A stretch of 64,000 nucleotides of DNA from Candidatus Thorarchaeota archaeon. GTDB lineage: Archaea; Asgardarchaeota; Thorarchaeia; Thorarchaeales; Thorarchaeaceae. This document shows positions 27,201 to 36,626 of this stretch, one piece after another; the stretch's first letter is position 1; every line of letters begins with the position of its first letter. The notes beneath the pieces were generated by a model that saw only the letters and a program-made list of their open reading frames with translations, was not told the origin of the DNA and searched no databases. Where the stretch lies: NCBI GenBank assembly GCA_004524565.1, contig SDNZ01000001.1:12455-76454 (forward strand), in the 5' to 3' direction. The position numbers were made by a program, and so were the translations under genes.

Positions 27201-28879
27201 TAGCTTTTCACTCTCACCTGTTTGTATTCCAGAGCTGCTCTTATCAACCCCAAGTAAAGTGGATGTGGCTCTCCGGGTCGTGATTTGAACTCAGGGTGGT
27301 ATTGAACCCCTATCCAGAATGGATGATCAGTGAGTTCAATTGCATTAATTATTCGATTAGTGGTATCATATGCTGCAATCTTGAGCCCTTTGTCAGCCAT
27401 CTTTCTAAGATACCGCTCTATTAGGTGGAAACGGTGTCGAAATCGCTCATGCACATGGGTTCGGCCATAAATTTCTTGAAGTTTTGTGCCTCCAACAATA
27501 ACAACATCATGGCCACCTAGACGCATGGTGCCACCTTTATCCTCTGTAAGCTTTTGTTCATCCATCAAATCTACAACAGGATAGAGGCTGTCAGGATCTA
27601 CTTCGGTGGTATTGGCGCCTTTCCACTCCATTATCTTTCTTGCAAAAGCTACCGTAGATAGTTGAGCTCCATAACAGATTCCCAACAAAGGAATCTTTGT
27701 GTTTAGAGACACTGTTGCAGCACAGATCATTCCTTCAACACCACGCTCCCCAAATCCTGGTGTGAGTAAAACACCATCAACATCTGAAAGGTCTTCAAGG
27801 AGGCATTCTTCAGTAGCCCGTTCCTCAGTTTCAACCCATTTTATCTCGACTTGGGTATTGCATGCAGCTGCAGCGTGGCTAAGTGCTTCATTGATACTTT
27901 TGTAAGAATCACCCAGTGTAGTGTACTTCCCAGGCATTGCAATTACTACTTTTTCTGTAGGATTCTCAAAGGATTGTACAATCTTACACCATGAGTCAGT
28001 ATCAGGGTCTCGAGATTCTAAGGCAAAGTGATTGACAAGAATCTCCCCTAGACCTTCCTCCTCAAACGACAATGGGAGTTGGTAGATTATCGGAATATCA
28101 GGATTTGAAATCACTTGTTCCTCTGGAACATTACAGAAAAGGGCAATCTTCCCTTTGGCGGCAGTAGACAATGGCATCTCAGACCGACAAATCATAATAT
28201 CTGGCTGAATACCTAAACTCTGAAGTGTTCTTACACTATGCTGTGTAGGTTTTGTCTTGAATTCACCTACTGATTTCATGTAGGGAACCAGAGTGACATG
28301 AACTGTCGCGACTCGATTTCTTCCAACTTCTCGCACAAGTTGACGGACAGCTTCAAGGAACGGCATAGCTTCGATATCTCCGACAGTACCACCTATCTCT
28401 ACGAGTAGTACATCAGGAACTGGGTCTTTATTGATGACATCCCAAATTCTTTGTTTAATCCGATCTGTGATATGCGGAATTATTTGAACGGTTCTGCCAA
28501 GAAATCCGCCCTTTCGTTCTTCAAGAATAACGGACATGTAAATCTGTCCCGATGTGATATTTTGAGATGGATGGACTTCCATCCCAGTAAAGCGTTCATA
28601 CGTGCCAAAATCAAGGTCAATCTCAGATATCTTGAAGTCGAATCCTTCCACAGGACTGAACTTCCATGTTTGATCTGTGACAAATACCTCTCCATGTTCT
28701 ATCGGGTTGAGTGTACCAGGGTCGATGTTTAGGTAGGGATCAATTTTGATTATTCGAACACTATATCCTCGAAATTGTAACAATTTAGCAATTGATGCAG
28801 TCGTCACACCTTTTCCAATACCAGAGAGAACTCCTCCAGTAACGAAGACAAATCTTGAACTACTATTTTTTTTACTCAA
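27200..28879 (-). CDS. pyrG: CTP synthase.
   Basis: 'FVFVTGGVLSGIGKGVTTASIAKLL' and a C-terminal glutamine amidotransferase ('GICYGAQ'). 559 aa. Confidence 0.95.
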   Translation of the reverse strand: MSKKNSSSRFVFVTGGVLSGIGKGVTTASIAKLLQFRGYSVRIIKIDPYLNIDPGTLNPIEHGEVFVTDQTWKFSPVEGFDFKISEIDLDFGTYERFTGMEVHPSQNITSGQIYMSVILEERKGGFLGRTVQIIPHITDRIKQRIWDVINKDPVPDVLLVEIGGTVGDIEAMPFLEAVRQLVREVGRNRVATVHVTLVPYMKSVGEFKTKPTQHSVRTLQSLGIQPDIMICRSEMPLSTAAKGKIALFCNVPEEQVISNPDIPIIYQLPLSFEEEGLGEILVNHFALESRDPDTDSWCKIVQSFENPTEKVVIAMPGKYTTLGDSYKSINEALSHAAAACNTQVEIKWVETEERATEECLLEDLSDVDGVLLTPGFGERGVEGMICAATVSLNTKIPLLGICYGAQLSTVAFARKIMEWKGANTTEVDPDSLYPVVDLMDEQKLTEDKGGTMRLGGHDVVIVGGTKLQEIYGRTHVHERFRHRFHLIERYLRKMADKGLKIAAYDTTNRIINAIELTDHPFWIGVQYHPEFKSRPGEPHPLYLGLIRAALEYKQVRVKS

Positions 28880-29187
28880 TTATGATTCCCTCTATTTGAC
28901 ACATAGTAAGTTCTCAGCATACATTAACTGCGGCTGCTGAAACGGCACTTCGTATAAATCGTTCGCTAAAATTCATAGATTAATTCTCTTTTCGTCAGAT
29001 TTATCGGTATAATAATACAATCTGATAGTGGCGAGTGATGATTGCTATGACCCCGATGAGTCATAATTGACGATGATATGGATCTTGAGTTAGGAGCTCG
29101 CCAATACTTTCGGTAACCTACCCTTCGAATATACTTTTAATCGTACAGTCCGCAAATGTATTTAAGGACGCATCAACAGATTTCTCT

Positions 29188-30402
29188 TTGACTGCCATGA
29201 CTCATGATTACATTGAAGATGAATTGAGTAGACGTACAGTCTTCAAGTCAGAGCAGTTCTTATCGATAGATTATGTGCCAGAAAATCTTCCTCATCGACA
29301 GGCCGAGCTAAGAGCCCTTGCGCAGAACTTTAAGACCCTAATTTCTTCACCTGGAAGAACAAGTCAGAGATTCATTATCGAGGGCCCTGTTGGTACTGGA
29401 AAGACTGCAGCAGCAAAAAGATTCGCAGAACAAATAGTTCAAGCTGCAGTACGAAGGGATATTCGACTACATAATATCCACATTAATTGTAGAGTCAATA
29501 AAACATCATATCTTGTCTTCCTACGTGCTCTTAGAGAATTCAAACCCGAATTTCCTCGCCGTGGTCATTCTCCTGAAGAACTATTACAGATGCTTGTTGA
29601 GGTGTTGGAAGAAGAAGATAGATACCTATTACTCATTCTTGACGAACTTGATTATTTCATCAAACAGAGAGGTTCTGATATTCTATATGATTTGACACGA
29701 CTTACCGATGATCAATTAAACGCAAAACAACGTGTATCTATTATCGGGATAGGACGGAAAATTCCCCTTGATGAAGAATTGTTAGATCCTAGTACACTAA
29801 GTACACTACAACGAAACATCCTTCGATTTTCTAAATACGACAGAACTGCACTATATGACATTCTCAAACATCGAGTAGATATGGCGTTTGAGAAAAATGT
29901 GGTCATGGATGAAACCATCCAAGTAATCTCTGATATTGCATCCGAGAGAGGCGATGCAAGATATGCAATAGAATTACTCTGGCGATCAGGAAAGCAGGCA
30001 GACAGGGATCAAACTAATCACGTAGTGCCAGATTATGCACGTCAAGCAAAGGCGGACACACACCCGGAACTCCGGAAAGAAGTCTTCACAACCCTATCAC
30101 AAATGCATCGAATATTGTTGCTAGCTCTAGCAAGACAACTGAAAGAAACTCGCGGAGCATACGTGACAATGGGTGAAGTTGAGGAGATGTACAAATCGTC
30201 TTGTGAAGAATATAATGAGGAGCCGAGAGCGCATACGCAGATTTGGGAGTGGGTCCAAGACCTTACTTCACACGGAATAATTGATACAAAACGATCGGGA
30301 AGTGGACAGAGAGGTCAAACTACACTCATAGGTCTTTCTGACGTTCCTGCAGAAATGCTTGAACAATTCATTGCATCTCTATTAGATTCCCAGGAGCTGT
30401 GA
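29188..30402 (+). CDS. orc1: Orc1/Cdc6 replication initiator, copy 2.
   Basis: 'IEGPVGTGKTAAA' Walker A, 'LILDELD' Walker B and a C-terminal winged helix. 404 aa. Confidence 0.85.
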   Translation: MTAMTHDYIEDELSRRTVFKSEQFLSIDYVPENLPHRQAELRALAQNFKTLISSPGRTSQRFIIEGPVGTGKTAAAKRFAEQIVQAAVRRDIRLHNIHINCRVNKTSYLVFLRALREFKPEFPRRGHSPEELLQMLVEVLEEEDRYLLLILDELDYFIKQRGSDILYDLTRLTDDQLNAKQRVSIIGIGRKIPLDEELLDPSTLSTLQRNILRFSKYDRTALYDILKHRVDMAFEKNVVMDETIQVISDIASERGDARYAIELLWRSGKQADRDQTNHVVPDYARQAKADTHPELRKEVFTTLSQMHRILLLALARQLKETRGAYVTMGEVEEMYKSSCEEYNEEPRAHTQIWEWVQDLTSHGIIDTKRSGSGQRGQTTLIGLSDVPAEMLEQFIASLLDSQEL

Positions 30403-30409
30403 TTTATCC

Positions 30410-30694
30410 TTGGACACTGAAATTTCACAAAAAATCGGTATTGAAGACCTTTTTTCTTCAAGAGGAAGAATCAAGATACTCAAAGAACTTGCTACATCTA
30501 GTGAGCTAAATATCTCGGAACTCTGCAGAAGGGTGAATCTGAATCACAGTTCAACAAAATCACATCTGGAAGTATTGCTAAAATCAGGTCTCATTGAAGA
30601 GAAGATATTTGGCAGGATTAAGATATATCGCTACAAAGCTGAGGATCTGCGAGCTCGTTCTTTGAAGAGTCTCTTTGATATTTGGAAATCATAA
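30410..30694 (+). CDS. Small winged-helix (ArsR/MarR-like) DNA-binding protein.
   Basis: 94 aa. 'GRIKILKELATSSELNISELCRRVNLNHSSTKSHLEVLLKSGLIEE'. Confidence 0.5.
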   Translation: MDTEISQKIGIEDLFSSRGRIKILKELATSSELNISELCRRVNLNHSSTKSHLEVLLKSGLIEEKIFGRIKIYRYKAEDLRARSLKSLFDIWKS

Positions 30695-30711
30695 GGGGAG
30701 ATGTTACTACA

Positions 30712-31568
30712 TGACAGACTATCTTGCACGTCTGTTCTATCTCGGAGAATACTATTATGGGTCACAGTTACAACCAGGACTGAAAACTGTGCAAGGCGAA
30801 CTCATTGATGCAATGCAAGCTTGGAGTAAAGAGCCTCATTCTAAACAAACAGTCCAACTATCAGGAAGAACTGACCGAGGAGTTCATAGTTTTGGACAAC
30901 TGGTATTATTGACAACCAATAAACAGCTCAATATAGATCAGATTAACAAGCATCTTCCTGAGGATATTGTACTCTGGGCAAAAATTAGAGCTCCTGAAGG
31001 ATTTCGACCACGTTCTAGTGCATTGATGCGTCATTATCGTTACTATCTTGCCCCAATATGGAAAGACATTGATTATAATCAAGTCAAGAAAGGTATCTCC
31101 TTACTTATTGGTTCAAAAGATTTCAATCTTCTTTCAAAACCAGACAATAATCGAAATACTATAACTACTGTTCTTAACATATCAACTGGTGAAGATTCAG
31201 GAATACCGTTCCTTGATGTGTTTGGTACTAGTTTTCTATGGAAATTTGTAAGAAAGATTGTAACTGTGCTGACTGAAATTGGTCTATATAGAATGGAACC
31301 AGACGTTATTCTTGAGGTGATTCAGGGCATACGCAAAAGAAATCGAGGTGGAATTGAACCAGCCCCTCCTGAAAACTTGATACTTATGGAAACAATAGTT
31401 CCATTCTCGCTCATACCTAGCAAATATGGACTGAAAAGAGTGCAAAAAATAGTAAATGATAGACTGGACTTCATCAGACGAACGAGTAATACGCTTTCCG
31501 GATTTAGTTCTTACCTCTCTTCTTCAATGATGCCTTATCAACGCCCAACCAATCAGCGTAATCCTTAG
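30712..31568 (+). CDS. truA: tRNA pseudouridine synthase A (TruA/Pus1 family).
   Basis: 'LARLFYLGEYYYGSQ' and 'SGRTDRGVHSFGQ', the catalytic Asp motif. Start taken at MTDYLAR. The 3' end overlaps rfcL convergently. Confidence 0.8.
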
Positions 31569-32733
31569 TCTTACTGGGAGAGATTCCAACAATTTCTGTT
31601 ATCGTATCAAGGTGGGTCCTTACCGCTCTTCGTTTTGATACTCCTGTAAGCCGTGATAGGGATGAAAGAACATCTGTCCTCTTTTCCCGTGATTTATTCC
31701 CTTGAAATACTAATAATGGCCAAGTTGGTCTTGAATAGCTAACCTTCCTGTATGGTGTATCTGTCCGTCCACCGGCCACCCCAACTGCGAGAAAATCATA
31801 CATGTATGCTAAAAGCTTCCAATTCTGGTTTCGCATTATCCGTCCTAATGATAGATCAGCCAACGACAAACTGTCGAGGCCTTTATCTAATTCATCTGGA
31901 GTTAGAAAGTGAAGGTGGATGTTCTCTTCTAGCCACAGAATCAATGAATCGTGGTCTAATTCAGATTCAGATAGTAGTTTCCTTGCTAATTTTGGATCCG
32001 TGGTCATGAATAATCTACGAAGAGTGTCTTCTGTACCACGCCTCATATCTCGGATAGCTGAGTCAACAGATTCTGGTTTAGTACCACGTTTTACATATGC
32101 TTCAAGGTCAGAAATTGCAGCCCGAAGGTCTCCTGCACAATTATCAATAATTTGATCAATAATATCTTGGGATACTTCAGCTTTGTTCAATTTAGCTATT
32201 CTTGTAAGAACTTCACTCATTCTCTCTGAATCAATTGGTTCAAAATTATATACTTGACAAATCTTGAACAAATCTTTCAGTCGCGGACTATCAGGATCAT
32301 TCGCAGTCATCATTATTGGATGAACTGAACTCTTGATCACTTTGATAATCGCACCAATGCCACCTCTATCACTAGTGCCAGATAGACCGTCCACCTCATC
32401 CAGAAGAATGATCCTTGGTCTTCCGTCAAGTGTTTGTTGTGATGCCGCTCTCCAAACAAGAGTTTCAATACTGTCTTTATTCCTCTTATCACTCGAATTA
32501 AACTCTACGATTTCCATATCCAAGTCATTTGCAAGTGCCCCAATTGAAGCAGTCTTTCCAGTACCAGGAGGCCCTATCAATAACACTGCACGTTTTTCTG
32601 GTATACGTGTCTTCCAAGATAAGATCCACGCTTTCAAATTTTGTATTCTCTCTGGATTGCCAACAATTAGATCAAGACTCCTTGGCCGATGTTTCTCTGG
32701 CCAAGGAAGATTATTGCTATTCACTAGCATCAC
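31504..32733 (-). CDS. rfcL: Replication factor C large subunit.
   Basis: 'LLIGPPGTGKTAS' Walker A, 'ILLDEVD' Walker B. 409 aa. Upstream of rfcS. Confidence 0.85.
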   Translation of the reverse strand: MMLVNSNNLPWPEKHRPRSLDLIVGNPERIQNLKAWILSWKTRIPEKRAVLLIGPPGTGKTASIGALANDLDMEIVEFNSSDKRNKDSIETLVWRAASQQTLDGRPRIILLDEVDGLSGTSDRGGIGAIIKVIKSSVHPIMMTANDPDSPRLKDLFKICQVYNFEPIDSERMSEVLTRIAKLNKAEVSQDIIDQIIDNCAGDLRAAISDLEAYVKRGTKPESVDSAIRDMRRGTEDTLRRLFMTTDPKLARKLLSESELDHDSLILWLEENIHLHFLTPDELDKGLDSLSLADLSLGRIMRNQNWKLLAYMYDFLAVGVAGGRTDTPYRKVSYSRPTWPLLVFQGNKSREKRTDVLSSLSRLTGVSKRRAVRTHLDTITEIVGISPSKTKDYADWLGVDKASLKKRGKN

Positions 32734-33679
32734 TGCCTATCCCTATGTGTGCCAATAACGCAGCAAGCTGAATTTCACCATTGGCTCCTTCACCGATTCG
32801 AAATTCGATTTCTGCGATATGTTCAAGAACAGACATCTGTTGTGAATGCGAAAAGTCAAGTGCCTGAATTTCTTTGTGTATCTGCTTCACTAAATCAACT
32901 GGAGATACTCCTTCGTTATAGATTAGTTTTCTGAGAGACTGTAGTGATTCGAGATGTCGTTGTTCTCTTGCATCTGTAAGCATGGTCTTTATGGTTTCCG
33001 GACTTGCACTTCCCGAAATCGCGTACACAATTTTATCGGTGATTGCTTCACCGGTAGAAGAAGCTGCTTGAAGAAGGTTGATTGCAGCTCTCATATCTCC
33101 TTCTGTAAGATAGAGAATCGCATCGACTCCACTTGACTCAAGAGTAATTTGCTCTTGCTTGGCTATGTACTTCAAACGTTTAGAGATGCCTTTTTCATCC
33201 AAACGAGAGAATCGGAATATCGCACATCTTGATTGTATTGGAGGTATGATTCTACTTGAGTAATTGCAAATTAGAACCATTCGACAAGATTGAGCATAAG
33301 ATTCCATTGTACGTCGTAAAGCATGTTGAGCATCTGAAGTCAAATGGTCTGCTTCATCCAGAACTAGAATCTTGAATGGTGCATCTCCGGAAGGCATTGT
33401 TCTTGCAAAATTCTTGATTTGGTTTCGAACTACATCAATACCTCTCTCATCACTCGCATTGAGCTCCATGAAATTTCGTTCATAGGTATCCCCAAAGAGA
33501 TCCTTTGCCATTGCCATTGCCGCTGTTGTCTTACTGGTACCTGGAGGTCCTGTAAAGAGACAGTGAGGTACAGCCTTGGTTTCCACGAATCTGGTCAAAC
33601 TCTCAATTATCGACTCTTGACCAATAATGCCACTCAAGGTGGGTGGGCGGTATTTTTCAGTCCACAAATCCAAATCCAT
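32717..33679 (-). CDS. rfcS: Replication factor C small subunit.
   Basis: 'LFTGPPGTSKTT', 'LVLDEADHLT', 'SRC' motif. 320 aa. Confidence 0.9.
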   Translation of the reverse strand: MDLDLWTEKYRPPTLSGIIGQESIIESLTRFVETKAVPHCLFTGPPGTSKTTAAMAMAKDLFGDTYERNFMELNASDERGIDVVRNQIKNFARTMPSGDAPFKILVLDEADHLTSDAQHALRRTMESYAQSCRMVLICNYSSRIIPPIQSRCAIFRFSRLDEKGISKRLKYIAKQEQITLESSGVDAILYLTEGDMRAAINLLQAASSTGEAITDKIVYAISGSASPETIKTMLTDAREQRHLESLQSLRKLIYNEGVSPVDLVKQIHKEIQALDFSHSQQMSVLEHIAEIEFRIGEGANGEIQLAALLAHIGIGSDASE

Positions 33680-33868
33680 TATTGACTACCTTCCATTCAG
33701 CAAATATCGAGTACAATACAAGTCATTTCGTTGAGTCACCGTTGATTCCTTAAAAGCTTCTCCCGACACTTGTAAAAATACGAATGACCTATGTCATTAA
33801 TCATTTTGACTCATATTTGTAGAGCAAGGGCTTTATCTCATATCATCTATAAGAGAAAATGTACTGAA

Positions 33869-34426
33869 ATGAAACTATTCAATGACTCCAAAGATATTAT
33901 GAAACGGTTTGAAATGGCCTTTCTCAATGAATCGCGGGATTGTATTTTTCAGGGAAATGTCCCACAAATAACAGTCAAAGGAGAAAAATTCGGTCCTTTC
34001 AAGAAAGGAGACCGTGCTACTTTGCCAAACTGGGTGATTGAGAAGCTCCTCAAGTACGAGCATGTTGACATCGTTCCTGAAGATGCATATGAATCACTAA
34101 GACGTCTTCAAAACCTCTATCGAGAAGAAGAGAAACAGCCTCACAAATTACAAACATTCCAGCCATTTCTTTACACAGCTATTGCTAGGAAGACTATGCG
34201 CCTTCAGAGTGATAAAACATCAATGGATCCACGAAAATACGATGAAGTGGAAAAATTACGTAAAATGACCCCCTTCCTTGTTGAAACAAGGTTATCAAAG
34301 ATTCTACGCGTAGCAAAATCAGGTGCATATCAAGAAAAGCGGAATCAGATGGCTCATGAAGAAAGATGGCTGTGTGAAGAGCTTGTAGAACTACTCTCTG
34401 GATGGCGCCAAAATGTAATGGAGTAG
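33869..34426 (+). CDS. GINS subunit Gins23-like (B-domain first), immediately upstream of mcm.
   Basis: 'KGEKFGPFKKGDRATLPNWVIEKLLKYEHVDIV' matches the GINS B-domain pattern at the N-terminus, followed by a helical domain. A gins23-mcm linkage is known in archaea. Confidence 0.5.
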   Translation: MKLFNDSKDIMKRFEMAFLNESRDCIFQGNVPQITVKGEKFGPFKKGDRATLPNWVIEKLLKYEHVDIVPEDAYESLRRLQNLYREEEKQPHKLQTFQPFLYTAIARKTMRLQSDKTSMDPRKYDEVEKLRKMTPFLVETRLSKILRVAKSGAYQEKRNQMAHEERWLCEELVELLSGWRQNVME

Positions 34427-34529
34427 ACAAAGAGTAATAGTGTCCTTAAAATACAAAACCTGAAGAATTAGGAGTTAGATTGATTGCAATTGCTCTACAG
34501 TGCCCAACAAATAATCGAGGAGAATAAAC

Positions 34530-36596
34530 ATGTCCAGTTATGATGAATCTCAAGAAAGATTTGAAGAGTTTCTTAGAACTTACAAAGATGACCAAGGAAC
34601 TCTGACCTACTGGACGAGGGTACAACAGATGTCAATCAATGACGAAACGTCTGTAGCCATCGATTTTCAAGATTTAATTGCTTTTGATAATGTCTTTATG
34701 ACCCTTGCTGCAGAAGACCCTCCCAAATTCATTGAAACAGTCAATAATGCACTCATTGCAGTTTTGCGGGTTGAAGATCCGGATTATGTTAGTAGCATTG
34801 ATACAACATTAATCAAAGCCAGAATTACTAACTATTCAGAACATGTTCCATTACGTGCTATTCGCGCCAAACATATTGGTAAACTAGTACGTGTTAGTGG
34901 AATTATGATGAGAGCTAGTGAGGTAAAACCTCTTCTAGTGCAAGCAATGTTTCAATGTAGGATATGTGATGAGAAAATTCCACAAACACAAGAAGAGGGT
35001 CGATATACTGAACCAGTAAGATGCCCACTGTGTGATAAAAAGACGCCAATGAGACTTCTCGCTCAAGAGTCACTATTTCGGGATTGGCAGAAGGTTAGAA
35101 TCCAAGAATCTCCTGACGAGTTACCTCCTGGCCAAATGCCTCGTTCTATTGACATCGTTCTAGAGGGAGATATTGTTGATATATCTCGCCCTGGAGATTT
35201 AGTGAAAGTAACCGGGATTCTTGAAACAACGCCTGATTTTTCCAGAAGAGGTGGAAGATTGGCTACGTTCAATGTATTCATTGAAGCCAATGGTGTTGAA
35301 ATTTCTGAAAAAGAACATGAACAGATTGAAATTTCTGAAGAGGATGAAAAACAAATCAGGGAACTTGCAGATGATCCTTATGTCCATGAGAGAATTGTAG
35401 CATCTATTGCACCTTCAATTCAAGGTCACACTACCATTAAGGAATCTATTGCATTGTTGCTTTTTGGTGGAGTTAGTAAAATTCTTGCTGACGGAACAAA
35501 ATTACGTGGAAAATCGAATATTCTTATGATTGGAGATCCCGGAACGGGAAAAAGCCAGATACTGAAGTTTGTTGCGGGATTGGCAGTTCGAGCTCTGTAC
35601 ACATCAGGAAAAGGAAGCAGTGCTGCAGGCCTCACAGCAGCTGTTATACACGATGCTGATTCGGGAGCGATGACCCTTGAAGCTGGAGCGCTCGTACTAG
35701 CGGACCAAGGTATTGCCTGTATTGATGAATTTGATAAAATGGATCCTACAGATAGAACTGCAATACATGAAGCTATGGAGCAACATACAGTTAGTATTGC
35801 AAAAGCAGGTATTGTCGCCACACTTAATGCCCGAACATCAATACTTGCGGCGGCGAATCCCACATTGGGCAGGTACGAATCGTCACTATCAGTTCAGGAT
35901 AATATTAGACTTCCATTCACGATATTATCTCGATTTGACTTGATTTGGATTATGGTTGACACTATCGAAGCCACCAGGGACAGGGAACTTGCACAATTTA
36001 TCCTAAACATGCATCAAATGAAAAGGAGTAAGGATGCACCATCAATCCCTCCAGTATCACAAGAATTTCTAAAGAAATACATCGGTTATGCAAATCGTTA
36101 TGTGATTCCTCAACTAACACCGGAGGCTGCTGAAGTCATTGAGAACTTCTATGTTGACTTGCGAAAGAGTGCTGAGGGTGGAGCTGCAGTTCCAATAACA
36201 GCACGACAACTGGAATCACTGGTACGTCTTTCTGAAGCTCGAGCGAGAATGGCACTCCAACCTAAGGTGTCTAAAGAGGATGCTCAAGCAGCAGTTCGAT
36301 TGATGGAAGATTCGCTACGAATGGTGGCGCTTGACAGAGTCACTGGTAAAATTGACATTGACAAACTTGTATCAAGGATGAGTGCATCTCAAAGGAGTTC
36401 TTCTGATACTATCATCAAAGCAATTCGAGATATGGAGGCTGAAGGCACTTCCACCGTAAACAAAGATGCATTGGTTCAAAGAGCAGTTTCTATGGGTCTT
36501 GCTAAGGAGCAAGCTGAAGAAGTAATTGATAAACTTCTAGCAGAAGGAATACTCTATAGCCCAAGAGATGGAAAAATACGTCATTCTCAGAATTAA
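34530..36596 (+). CDS. mcm: MCM replicative helicase.
   Basis: 'CRICDEK...CPLCDKK' zinc finger, 'IGDPGTGKSQ' Walker A, 'CIDEFDKM' Walker B, 'SRFDL' arginine finger. 688 aa. Confidence 0.95.
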   Translation: MSSYDESQERFEEFLRTYKDDQGTLTYWTRVQQMSINDETSVAIDFQDLIAFDNVFMTLAAEDPPKFIETVNNALIAVLRVEDPDYVSSIDTTLIKARITNYSEHVPLRAIRAKHIGKLVRVSGIMMRASEVKPLLVQAMFQCRICDEKIPQTQEEGRYTEPVRCPLCDKKTPMRLLAQESLFRDWQKVRIQESPDELPPGQMPRSIDIVLEGDIVDISRPGDLVKVTGILETTPDFSRRGGRLATFNVFIEANGVEISEKEHEQIEISEEDEKQIRELADDPYVHERIVASIAPSIQGHTTIKESIALLLFGGVSKILADGTKLRGKSNILMIGDPGTGKSQILKFVAGLAVRALYTSGKGSSAAGLTAAVIHDADSGAMTLEAGALVLADQGIACIDEFDKMDPTDRTAIHEAMEQHTVSIAKAGIVATLNARTSILAAANPTLGRYESSLSVQDNIRLPFTILSRFDLIWIMVDTIEATRDRELAQFILNMHQMKRSKDAPSIPPVSQEFLKKYIGYANRYVIPQLTPEAAEVIENFYVDLRKSAEGGAAVPITARQLESLVRLSEARARMALQPKVSKEDAQAAVRLMEDSLRMVALDRVTGKIDIDKLVSRMSASQRSSSDTIIKAIRDMEAEGTSTVNKDALVQRAVSMGLAKEQAEEVIDKLLAEGILYSPRDGKIRHSQN

Positions 36597-36626
36597 TTCT
36601 GAATATGAGCCGATCACTGGAAATAT

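Noticed and set aside
28880-29187. ~300-bp divergent intergenic region between pyrG and orc1-2, considered as a second replication origin.
   Set aside because: Scanned for ORB/mini-ORB-like dyads (TTCCA...TGGAA) and repeated elements, and none were found. It is only moderately AT-rich. No sequence evidence for an origin.
35426-35863. 145-aa minus-strand ORF within mcm.
   Set aside because: It is antisense to the MCM AAA+ core, which is among the most conserved sequences in the window. It is Ala/Ser-rich and low-complexity.
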